From Squalus acanthias (taxonomy: Eukaryota), in the NCBI GenBank assembly GCA_030390025.1, contig CM059428.1:137950001-138014000 (forward strand): DNA of 64,000 nucleotides, written 5' to 3'. The notes beneath the pieces are model-generated. The model did not search any database, was not told where the DNA came from, and worked only from the letters and a program-made list of their open reading frames with translations. Positions 1 to 10,615 of this stretch are shown piece by piece. Position 1 is the first letter of the stretch, and every line of letters begins with the position of its first letter. A program made the position numbers and the translations under genes.

Positions 1-715
1 GAGGCCTGGACTAATGATTCAGAGACGTGAGTTGAAATCCCACCACAGTAGCTGGAGAATTTAAATTCAGTTAATTAAATAAATCTGGAATAAAAGGCTA
101 GTAACAGTAATGGTGATCATGAAACTACTGGATTGTTGTTAAAAACCCATCTGGTTCACTAATGTCCTTTAGGGAAGGAAATCTGCCGTCCTTACCTGGT
201 CTGGCCTATATGTGACTCCAGACCCACAGCAATGTGGTTGACTCTTAACTGCCCTCTGAAATGGCCTAGCAAGCCATTCAATTGTACCAAACCGCTACGA
301 AAAACAATAATAAGAATAAAACCGGACTGACCACCCGGCATCGACCTAGGCACCAGCTTCGGACACAACAACTGCACACCCAGCCCAGTCGATCCTGCAA
401 AGTTCTCCTCACTAACATCTGGGGACTTGTGACCACATCGAAGGACAAGGGCAGCAGGCGCATGGGAACACCACCACCTCCAATATCCCCTCCAAGTCAC
501 ACACCATCCTGACTTGGAAATATATCACTGATCCTTCATCGTCGCTGGGTCAAAATCCTGGAACTCCCTCCCTAACAGCACTGTGGGAGTACCTTCACTG
601 CACGGACTGCAGCGGTTCAAGAAGGTGGCTCACCACCACCTTCTCAAGGGCAATTAGGGATGGGCAATAAATACTGGCCTTGCCAGCGATGCCCACATCC
701 CAGGAACAAAAAAAA
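1..715 (+). mobile_element. Internally deleted non-LTR element (tRNA-like head, first codons of APE endonuclease, LINE 3' end and A tail); 5' end cut by the window edge
   Basis: B-box-like GTTGAAATCC at 30-39. About 120-430 is homologous to 8384-8670 in this window and reads LLTNIWGLV (endonuclease N-terminus). The sequence then jumps to a LINE 3' end finishing in GCCCACATCCCAGGAAC plus an A run. Confidence 0.75.
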
Positions 716-2126
716 TCTGTTCCAACCCCTCTGCCAGTGCTAGAAGATTATTAACACTGTCATTGTTGCTCTTCTCCTTACAATGCACTAGCCAGAGCTG
801 GGCGTTGCTCCTAATTATTGAAAATAACAGCAGGAAACTTGTAAAAGTTTTATTTGAAAGTTTTATTTACATTGATATTACCGGCAGAGCCCTGTATTTA
901 GTACGAGGCTATGACACCCAACCTACAGTTAGTTCTCAGCAAGGTATGCTAAAGTATACTTTACTGTTGCACTTATAAACTTGGACCTAAGATCTTTTTG
1001 CAAATGATGCCTTACTATATACTAACACCCCATACAAACCAAAATCTATTTAACTTGTTTTTAGGATGAGTCAGCAGAGTTTACTGTTAACTGTGGTTAT
1101 TAAGGAACCGTATCACTGAATCTCATCTGACAACTGGATAACCCGGTCATAAACCTTCCAGAAGATATGTCAGCTTGACTCTCTGCATGGGATTATTACC
1201 TTGTGACTGATTCACAATTATTAACTACTTTTTTGCCAAACTAAAACTATGTCTAAAGTTCAGTAAAATGTGATGTAAATGTAATGTTATGAGATATGCA
1301 GGAGCAGATCAGGATCATTTTCTTTCCTTTCTTATGAGAAAGAGCACAACCTCTGCTCTGCATCTCCCTCTGATGACACAGCTGAAATCAGAGTTTGCAT
1401 GTAGAGAACTGAAGAACAATTCCCAGTCCTACCCTTCATTTAAACAGTACCTTGGTACAATAACAGGTTCTATCTTCTACCGATAATACTATACCACCTT
1501 CTACCTACTACTCTAAACACAATACAGTAATTCTATCCAGAAACAAAATGAAATATTCCAAGTCTAAGTCTATTTTCCTCTAGTTCTGCAAGCACTTTGC
1601 CAGGGTCTGTTCTGGACGTGTCTCTTGCTGCCTATACTTGGGGACAATCAGAAAATGAAACATTCTAGCATGCTCATTTTACCGGTTTCGAATGCTCTTT
1701 TCCAGTATCCTGACTTACAGGTTTTACTGATCTTGACAGAGCCATGATGTGGCTGCATTCCTCTAGAATGTTAAAAGATTCCAAGTTAGGCGCCAGCACA
1801 CTAAATGGAAGATAGTTAACCACCTCAGCTGTAGCTTTTACTATCGGATCTCCCAATTTTTTTAACTGACCTATTTTCTAAAAAATTTTTGAGTCTGAGC
1901 CACACATCATCCTGATTGAGAAAACAGATGGGAATCCTCTTACCTCAGCCAATGCTAATCTGTGTTTTCTGCTTGGTATGGAATGATGGCCCAAGATAAT
2001 TGGCTTTCCCGTGTTTCCTTTCACCCTGTGGGAAATGCCCAGCCTCTCCATTCTGTGCCCTCCCACTTCTGCTGGAACAAATTACCTCAAAAGTTCGCAA
2101 TGTGGCGAAGATGCAGAGCAGAGGTT

Positions 2127-2639
2127 GCCATGGAAGGAGTTCAGCGAAGATTCACAAGGCCGATACCTGGGATGGCAGGAATGACATATGAGGAGAGATT
2201 GGGTCGATTGGGCTTATACTCGCTGGAGTATAGAAGAATGAGAGGGGATCTCATCGAAACATAAAATTCTGACAGGTCTGGACAAACTAGATGCAGGAAG
2301 AATGTTCCCGATGGTCAGAGAGTCCAGAACCAGGGGTCATAATCTAAGGATAAGGGGTAAGCCATTTAGGACAGAAATGAGGAAGAATTTCTTCACCCAG
2401 AGAGTGGTGAACCTGTGGAATTCTCTACCACAGAAGGTAGTTGAGGCCAAGTCATTAAATATATTCAAGAATGAGTTAGATATATTTCTTAAAGCTAAAG
2501 GTATCAAGGGATATGGGGAGAAGGCAGGTACAGGGTACTGAGTTTGGATGATCGGCCATGATCGTATTGAATGGCGGAGCAGGCTCGAGGGGCTGAATGG
2601 CCTACTCCTGCTCCTATCTTCTATGTTTCTATGTTTCTA
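2127..2639 (+). mobile_element. 5'-truncated CR1 LINE (RT C-terminus and 3' UTR)
   Basis: Translates EGVQRRFTRPIPGMAGMTYEERLGRLGLYSLEYRRMRGDLIET...FFTQRVVNLWNSLP, homologous to 14088-14507. Ends in the CR1 tail repeat TTCTATGT. Confidence 0.93.
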
Positions 2640-2814
2640 AGTGCAACTGCCAGTCATATCTTTACCATTCCATAGCATAGCAATGTGCTACTTCCAGATC
2701 AGACGAGTGGTATAATGGAGTCAGGGATCACATGATGGTTATCATGGCAATTGAAGTCATTATGCATATCTCTCATTCAGCCACTACACTTCTGCCTTCT
2801 GGAATTCTCAGATC

Positions 2815-3008
2815 TTTCTGCGTTGGCACCTCCCTCCTTGCTTTCAAAAATCTCTTTAAAACCATACTCTTTGACTGTGTCTTCGGTTTACCATCCAGCT
2901 CCTACATTCCTTTCCCTGTTCCCCATGGTTGGTGCTCACGGTATCCTTTTCCTCAGTATTGTGAACATCTTCCTGCACGCGAGGAGTTCTATATAAATGA
3001 AAGTTGTT
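2815..3008 (+). mobile_element. Decayed L2-type LINE 3' tail
   Basis: CTCTTTAAAACCATACTCTTTGAC...CTATATAAATGAAAGTTGTT resembles 8075-8230. Confidence 0.55.
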
Positions 3009-4322
3009 CTTTCTCTCCATGATCCATAACCATTCACCACAGCAGTTCTCCACCTCTGACATCCTACACCTAAATTTACTTGCGGCTTGAGGCACATTCC
3101 CAGTGTAAATTGGCTGGGAGTACAATATAGGGGAAGTGAAATCAAGTGGGACCCATATATGCCAGGTCTCCTCCCAGGCTGACAGTATCCGATGGGGCCC
3201 GGGACAGCTGGAAGTTCCATCCACTGCAAACATGGCTACCTGACACAAAAGGTGGAGGAGATGGCAGGAGGGATATCCCACACCAGAATTCCCTTGGCTC
3301 CTGCTTCCCATCCATCCTGTGATTTGATTGCTGGGAAGAATCCGACATCCAGGTCACTTGAGCAGAAGAAACAGACCAAAGTAATGGCCTGAAAGACCCT
3401 GAAAATGCTGCCAGCATTTTCTCTTGATTGGCCTTATTATAGGGATAGGGGTGGGGTTGATCAGCGATAGAGTTTCCACTTTTGGAGCGGCCCCACCAGT
3501 GGCACTCCCAGCCAGCTATCTAGCACTGCATCTTCACCCACACCTCCCTGCAGACACCTAAGATGCACTCATACTAGATTGGAATGTCCACCGACAATAT
3601 CAAGGTGAGCTGACTTTGCCCTGACCCCGGATGCTCCAGTAGGCTCAGGAGCGAAGGTCGGCAGCACCCACTCTGCCACTTATGCTTGCGGAGTGGACCC
3701 AAGAATTTTCAGAGACACTATCTTCACCTTCAAATTACAGTGGTATCACACTCGTTGGGAACCTGTGCCACTGACCCCGGCAGATTTTCCAGGGTCAGGG
3801 CAGAGGTTCCCTATTTTTCACACTGATGGTGGGTACCCACACCATTAGAGGCACATTTCGGGTGCCCACCTGCCCAATTCGCAGGGAAATTGGATGATTG
3901 GTACTGTGTCTCAAAAAGAATGCAGATGTCCCCTCTGTCCCCTTTGCAAGGGGATCGCATTTAAATAACAATAAAGCTGCTTACTGTTTTACTTGGAAAT
4001 CCAGACCACGTTTCTGGCCTGGACATTCCAGGTGGGGCCCAAATGTGCCTTTCAGTGGGCCAGTACACTATGTCTAACCAGGTATACTGCTCCCAATCTT
4101 ATGCCGGTCTATCCGAGAGCCAATGATGCTGGAACTCCAGATGTTGTTCCCTCCAGCCTAATTTCCGACTCACTCCTGCTTGAGTTACATTTGGACTGTA
4201 CCAGAAGGACCAAGGATTTTCATCTGCCATGTGTGAGCCTGGGCAATGAATATTAGCGAGCTATTTCATCTTTGGCAGGGGGACGAGTCACACATGAGTC
4301 CAATCTGTCTTATACCCATACA

Positions 4323-5305
4323 AAATTGAGAGGTCGCACAACACCAGGTTATAGTCCAACAGTTTTATTTTAAATCACAAGCTTTCGGAGTTACAACTCC
4401 TTCGTCGGGTGAAGTGAGGAGATACAGAATCGTCAAAGCATATATAGATACAGAACAATGCATGTGTAACTTACAATTGCAGACAACTAAATTCAATCAT
4501 CCTGACTGTTTATCTGCCGAGGTGTGATAAAGTTAATCAGGTCAGCCAGGAAGGTACCACATCAAAGACATAGCAAGATACAACTGAGACAATGAAGTGG
4601 AGTCGCATGGGGTCTAACGTGTCAAAAGCTGCCGTCTGTATGTAAAACGATTAACTTTAAAATTTTTACTTTTTTACTGGGAATCACATCTGTGAACAAG
4701 CCAACGACGACTCGAGTCCGGATCACGTCATGTATCGTGACATAAACCCAAGATCCCGATTGAGACCGTCTTCATGAGTGCGGAACTTGGCTATCAGTTT
4801 CTGCTCGATGATTTTGCGTTGTCGTGTTTTCCTAAGGCCGCCTTGGAGAACGCTTACCCGCAGATCCGAGGCTGAATGTCCTTGACTGCTGAAGTGTTCC
4901 CCGACTGGGAGGTAACAATCCTGCCTGGCGATTGTTGCACGGTGCTCGTTCATACGTTGTCTCAGTGTCTGCATGGTCTCGCCGATGTACCATGCCGCGG
5001 TGCATTCTTTCCTGCAACGTATGAGGTAGACAACGTTGGCCGAGTCACATGAGTATGTACCATGTACCTGGTGGGTAGTGTCCTCACGTGTGATGATGGT
5101 ATCTGTGTTGATGATCTGGCATGTCTTGCAGAGTTTGCTGTGGCAGGGTTGTGTGGTGTCGTGGTCACTGTTATCCTGAAAGCTGGGTAATTTGCTGCGA
5201 ACGATGGTACTTCTGAGGTTAGGCGGCTGTTTGAAGGCGAGTAGTGGAGGCGTGGGGATGGCCTTAGCGAGGTGTTTGTCGTCATCGATGACATGTTGAA
5301 GGCTG
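4323..5305 (-). mobile_element. 5'-truncated Penelope-like element (Neptune type) with a 12-bp TSD
   Basis: TATACCCATACA is duplicated at 4311-4322 and 5306-5317. Contains a GIY-YIG reading frame and a pseudo-LTR end at 4323-4420 that is shared with 17135-17330. Confidence 0.92.
4723..5305 (-). pseudogene. Penelope polyprotein C-terminus: RT thumb, Cys-rich linker and GIY-YIG endonuclease (no genuine start codon)
   Basis: PPLLAFKQPPNLR, CHSKLCKTC linker, VVYLIRC...WYIGET...LRQRMNEH...IEQKLI...GLNRD. The frame is uninterrupted to the stop at 4723. The ORF-track start (MHVWVY) lies in the TSD and flank. Confidence 0.9.
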
Positions 5306-5425
5306 TATACCCATACATGCATAGCTTCCAGCAGGAATAACTGAGTAGGTAGCAGGAGTAGGAACCTTTACTGACTTAACCCTGAATAACACTGGGGCAC
5401 TAAGAATAACTGCAATGACCTTATT

Positions 5426-5785
5426 GTCAGCCTTGGCTCAGTGGTCGCACTCTCACCTCTAGTTCAGAAGGTTGTGGGTTCAACCCCCACTCTAGAAACT
5501 TGAGCGCTTTGGGACATCCTGAGGTCATGAAAGGCACTATATAAATGCAAGTCTTTCTTTCTTTATAATCTAGGCTGACACTCCAATGCAGACCTGTGCG
5601 AGGACTGCACTGTTGGAGGTACTGGCTGTCGGATGAGGTATTAAACTAAGGCCCATCTACCCTCTCAGATGGATGTAAATGATCCTGTGGCACTATTTGA
5701 AGAAAGGCACGGGAGTTCTCCTGGTGCCCTGGCCAACATTACCCCCCAACCAACACCACCAAAAACAGATATTTATCTCATTCCT
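5426..5785 (+). mobile_element. DeuSINE (SacSINE1/AmnSINE1-like) with a tail fragment inserted in its 5' part
   Basis: A box TGGCTCAGTGG and B box GGTTCAACCCC. Deu-domain-like core GGATGAGGTATTAAACTAAGGCCC...GATCCTGTGGCACTATTTGAAGAA. Tail motif GCGCTTTGGGACATCCTGAGG...AATGCAAGTCTTTCTTT at 5503-5564. Confidence 0.8.
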
Positions 5786-6839
5786 GATTATAGGACTATG
5801 CTGTATAGGTACTATACAAGTGGAATTTCTTTCTTGTCACAATCCAGGCTGAGATCAGCACAGACTGGGAATTGAACCTGGTCTGTGTGGCTCAGTTTTG
5901 TAACGATGAAGCACTTACCAACTGAACCATCAATGACAAAGAAAAAATTATTAAAGTGATTAGTTAGAATGAACAAGACATTTCAAAAGAATAAGGCCAA
6001 AATCAGTACAGTGAAAATAACAGAAATAGGAGAGAGAGAATTGTGAAAAAGGAAAGAAAGGGCAGTCAGTAGTAAGATGTTTACAATTTTCTGTCCTTGC
6101 TTAAATTGTTGTAAGTGTTTATTTTATAGTATAGGTTGATAGTCTGACAAGCTACTGCTAACATGTGAGAAACTTTGGGTCTATTTACATTGCAAGTTTG
6201 CATTTACATTGAAGAACCTACACCAAATTTGCAGTCTGTGTCCAATCTAACTCTGGAACAAAGCTGAACAGGACTCCCTCAGACTGGTAGCTGCAGTGTA
6301 AATGGACATTTTAATTAATGTAATATTTCAGTGGTGCTGTGCAGGTGCTGACAACTTTTTTTAAATGGTCACTTTAGGGAACCTGGAATTCCGTGGAATT
6401 GCTGACGGTCTCAGGATTAAAATTGCCTGTAAAGAAAATCTTCCCTTTTACTATTACAGCGTGCTTTGCTGGAAGGCTTATCAGCAAACATAAGATAAGC
6501 ACCTCTACTAACTGAGAAGGTAAACATATTAAATTACAGAATCACTTTATATTTAAAGAATAAAAAAAGTGAGTTTGCAATAGTTCAACATTTTCTTCAC
6601 AATAACAAAATGTAGTGTGTGTGTTTGTGTGCATGCATATGTGTGTCTGTATGGAGGAGGTTACTGGAGCCTTCCACTTCCAACGATGAGGCAACTTAAA
6701 ATCAATTTTAAAATTCAGTCTAACCTAGCCTACCAGGTGTACTTAATCTATTTGAGAAGCAAAGCTCTCAGTAAATAGATTGCCTCTGGAAAATAAACAG
6801 AACTTTCAAAAGAGACACAATTAAGTACATAACATACAG

Positions 6840-7470
6840 AGTGAGATTTTTGAGGCCTCCTGCCAGGTGGAAACAAGGCGGTAACGCCCCGGAAATGGTG
6901 GGGTATGACTTACCTCTTGTTTCCATCGACGGTGCTATCTTCCCATGTGTCTACTGCTGGGCAGCAGAAGCGCCTGCCTGAGTCAGGCAATAGAGCCTTT
7001 TAATGTGTGAATCGGGGTCTTATAACCTACATAGGACCCCAACTGCCATTTTAGGACTCAACTGGGCAGATGGTGCGCTGTGCACGTTGCGCACAGTTTC
7101 AGCTGGCGATCCAACCAAAAAGGAGCCCAGAAGGTAAGTAGTCATTTATTTTTTGGGGGCTGGCAGGATCAGGAGTGGTTCTTCAGGCTCCAAAATAACA
7201 ACCTGGCCCCGTCACACTTATCTTCTGTTACACGTCAAACGTCAGACTTTAGCATATCCTTTGACTCACTGTGAGTAATGTCACAGGAAATATGAAACTA
7301 AATTTTCCTGTTCTAAAGCCTTTTTGGGGAAAATTCAGTGGAGGGACTTCGTGCCAAACTCCGCTGGTCCGCTGGTCCAGAGGAGTTCTGGCATGTTCTT
7401 CTACCCCTACTCTTAGTCCTCCGCTGTGCCTAATGAAAACATGCCCCCACCATTAAAATCCTTGCGCAAT
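6840..7470. mobile_element. Probable decayed non-autonomous DNA element (MITE-like)
   Basis: GC-richer block bounded by GATTTT and AAAATC ends, similar in style to the MITEs at 16256 and 16904. TIRs are poorly preserved. Confidence 0.35.
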
Positions 7471-7639
7471 GAGTGTGCAACATGCAGCACTTAATTTCCT
7501 TCTCCCTGCACTGGTTTACCGTGCCCAAAAATTTACACCAGTTTATCAATGGTGTTGCAGGCTGCTAGAAGTGCCAGCAAACTGGCAGCACTGCTTTGGA
7601 CTGATTTAACTTAATTTATCTAATTGCTTTGGAAGTTAT

Positions 7640-8254
7640 TTGTGTCTAGATTTGACTATTCCAACACACTCCTGGCTGACCTCCCACATTCCACCCTACA
7701 TAAACTTGAGGTCATCCAAAACTTGGCTACCCGTGTCCTAATTCGCACCAAGTTCTGTTCGCCCATCTCCCCTGTTCTCGCTGACCTACACTGGCTCCCG
7801 GTTAAGCAGCGCCTCGATTTCAAAATTCTCATCCTTGTTTTCAAATCCCTCCATGGCCTCACCCCTTCCTATCTCTGTAATCTCCTTCAGCCCTACAACC
7901 CCCCCCCCCCCGCCACCCCGAGGTATCTGCGCTCCTCTAATTCTGCCCTCTTGAGCATCCCTGATTATAATCGCTCAAACTTTCGTGGCCGTGCCTTCTG
8001 TTGCCTAGGCCCTAAGCTCTGGAATTCCCTGCCTAAACCTGTCCGCCTCGCTACCTCTCTTTCCTCCTTTAAGACGCTCTTTAAAACCTACCTCTTTGAC
8101 CAAGTTTTTGGTCACCTGCCCTAATTTCTCAGGTGGCTGGATGTCAAATTTTGTGTCTTAAAATACTCCTGTGCAGCGTCTTGGGATGTTTTATTACGTT
8201 AAAGGCGCTATATAAATACAAGTTGTTGTTGTGGTTGTTGTTGTTGTTGTTGTT
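7640..8254 (+). mobile_element. 5'-truncated L2-clade LINE
   Basis: SRFDYSNTLLADLP...ISPVLADLHWLPVKQRLDFKILILVFKSLHGL...LWNSLP...FKTLFKTYLF, then the tail GCGCTATATAAATACAAG and (GTT)n at 8222-8254. Confidence 0.92.
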
Positions 8255-8383
8255 AAGAATTGCTAACCTTGGACTTTGTTCACTACAGGAATGTTGCAAG
8301 AGGATTTTCTTGTGCCTGCTCTTGAATCTGGCAGCTATTACCCCAACAATGCTCTTTTCCCTAGGTATAAGTAAAAGTGCAAA

Positions 8384-9649
8384 ATGAAGCTGTCGGATTG
8401 TCGTAAAAACCCAAGTGGTTCACTGATGTCCTTTCGGGAAGGAAACATGCCATCCTTACCCAGTCTAGCCTATATGTGACTCCAGTACTACACCAATGTG
8501 CTTGACTCTTCACTGCTCTCTGAAGTGGCATGAAACCTCTACAAAGAATAAGAAGAATAAAACCGGATGCACTACTCAGCTGTGATGTAGGCATCGAATT
8601 GGGACATGATAAAGACACACCCAGCCCAGTTGACCCTGCAAAGTCTTCCTCACTAACATCTGGGGACTGGTACGAAGTTGGGAGAGCAACAGCCTGACAT
8701 AGTCATAGTCACAGAATTATACCTTTCATCCAACGTCCCAGACTTCTCCATCACCATTCCTGGGTAAGTCCTCTCCCACCAGCAGGATACACCCATCAGA
8801 GGTGGGGGCACAATGTTAAAGTCAGGTGGGAGTGGCAATAGGAATCCTCAACATTGACTCTGCACCAAATAAAGTCTCATGGCTTCAAGTCAAACATGGG
8901 CAAGGAAGTCTCCTGCAGATTACCACTCACTGCCCTTCTTCAACTGATGAATCAGTACTTTTCCATGTTGACCACCATTTGGAGGAAGCACTGAAGATAG
9001 CAAGGACACAGAATGTACTCTGGGTGGGGGACTTCAACATCCATCGCTATGAGTGGCTTGGTAGTACAAACACTGAACAAGCTGGCCAAGTCCTGAAGAA
9101 TATAACTGCTTGTGGCAGGTGATGAGAGAACCAACACGAGGGAATAATCTACTTGACTCTGCTCTGTCCTCACCTGTCATAGGTCCCTCTGTCCATGACG
9201 AGATTGGTAGGAGTCACCACCGTACAGTCCTCGTGAAGACGAAGTTCTGTCTTCACACTGAGGACACCCTCCATCACACTACCACTGTGCTAAATGGCAT
9301 AGATTAGCAACAGATCTTGCAGCTCAAAACTGGGCATCCATCAGGCACTGTGGGCCACCAGCAGAATTGTATTCCAACACAATCTGTAACCTCATGCCAT
9401 ATCCCTCACTTGTCCATCACCATCAAGTCGCATAACTAACTCTGGTTCAATGAGGAGTGTAGAAGAGTATGCTGGGAGCAGCACCAGATGTACCTGAAGA
9501 TGAGATGCTAACCTGGTGAAGCTACAACACAAGACTACATGCATGCTAAACAGTGGAAACAGCATGCTATAGACAGAGCTAAGCGATCCCATGACCAACC
9601 GATTAGGTCAAAGCTCTGCAGTCCTGCCACATCAAGTTGCAAATGATGG
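8384..9649 (+). mobile_element. Old LINE (same family as 1-715), 5' part with a degraded APE endonuclease
   Basis: Homologous to 120-430. Frames read LTNIWGL...QQPDIVIVTELYL and NVLWVGDFNIH, with many frameshifts. The element continues after the CR1 insertion at 14700. Confidence 0.85.
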
Positions 9650-9814
9650 CTTTTACAGCGGCGGACCTGGGCGAGAAGTGAGTGGAGCAGCGAGGCTATA
9701 AAGCCTGCGGTATCCAGGTAGGCCCCTCTTTTACAGCGGCGGACCTGGGCGAGAAGTGAGTGGAGCAGCGAGGCTATAAAGCCTGCGATATCCAGGTAGG
9801 CCCCTCTTTTACAG
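9650..9814 (+). repeat. 78-bp tandem repeat (2 copies plus 9 bp) at the CR1 5' end
   Basis: Units start at 9650, 9728 and 9806 with one mismatch. Each unit has CTATAAA, GTGAGT, CAG/GTAGG and CTTTTACAG. Confidence 0.95.
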
Positions 9815-9972
9815 GGTGATTGCTTTAATAGTGCGGGTCGCAGTGGTTGCTGGGTAAGTGTTTTTTTTTTACCTGTATATAAGTTGGGCGGTTTCTAAAC
9901 CCGAGACACTACACTTGTAGTGTCCCCCACCCTTCCACCTCCTCTAACCTAAAGGGGGTGAGTGTATATCAG

Positions 9973-10329
9973 GAGGCCCGGTGAGTATCTAAACTCACTT
10001 TCGCGGTTTTTTTTTTTTTTTTCCAGAGGCTGGTGTCGGGAGCGGAGAGAGCCGAGGCCCGGTGAGTATCTAAACTCACTTTCGCGGGCTTTTGTTTGCA
10101 GAGGCTGGTGTCGGGAGCGGAGAGAGCCGAGGCCCGGTGAGTATCTAAACTCACTTTCGCGGGCTTTTGTTTGCAGAGGCTGGTGTCGGGAGTGGAGAGA
10201 GCCGAGGCCCGGTGAGTATCTAAACTCACTTTCGCGGGCTTTTGTTTGCAGAGGCTGGTGTCGGGAGCGGAGAGAGCCGAGGCCCGGTGAGTATCTAAAC
10301 TCACTTTCGCGGGCTTTTGTTTGCAGAGG
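9973..10329 (+). repeat. 75-bp tandem repeat (4 full copies plus 1 partial) in the CR1 5' UTR
   Basis: Units start at 9973, 10054, 10129, 10204 and 10279. The first unit has a poly-T expansion and the rest are nearly identical. Confidence 0.97.
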
Positions 10330-10615
10330 TTTATCAATCTCAGACCGGCGGCGGCGTTCCAGAGCCACGTCACGATTCAAAACGTGACGTGGGCAGGAGG
10401 GAGCGGCTGATTGGGTGAGTACGGCAGGTTAGTATTTATACTACTTTATAGTTTGATAGTTAAGGTTCATAGTTTATAAAGTTTCAAAGATCTTAATTTT
10501 GTGATTATAATTTCTAGTGCTAGTAACCAAGGGCCCTTGAGTAATTCATTTAATTGAGTGAAATTGGTGGTATTGATTTGATTTAATTAAAGTTCAATTA
10601 ATTAAAGGGTAAGTC

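Larger units (their letters stand above)
4205..5935 (-). mobile_element. Ancient tRNA-derived SINE split by two later insertions
   Basis: Pieces at about 4205-4310, 5318-5420 and 5845-5935. The last piece is the reverse complement of a tRNA-like head (ATGGTTCAGTTGG...CAGGTTCAATTCCCC). Related pieces occur at 35280-35518, 36080-36390 and 38570-38760. Confidence 0.55.

Noticed and set aside
3090-4200. GC-richer block with small hairpins (3404-3421, 3761-3807)
   Set aside because: Probably old MITE debris, but no boundaries, TIRs or TSD could be defined.
9949-10387. Three 134-143 aa periodic ORFs and a CRISPR-like look
   Set aside because: These are by-products of a 75-bp (multiple of 3) head-to-tail repeat. 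There are no unique spacers, no cas genes, no ATG on the + strand, and the context is eukaryotic.
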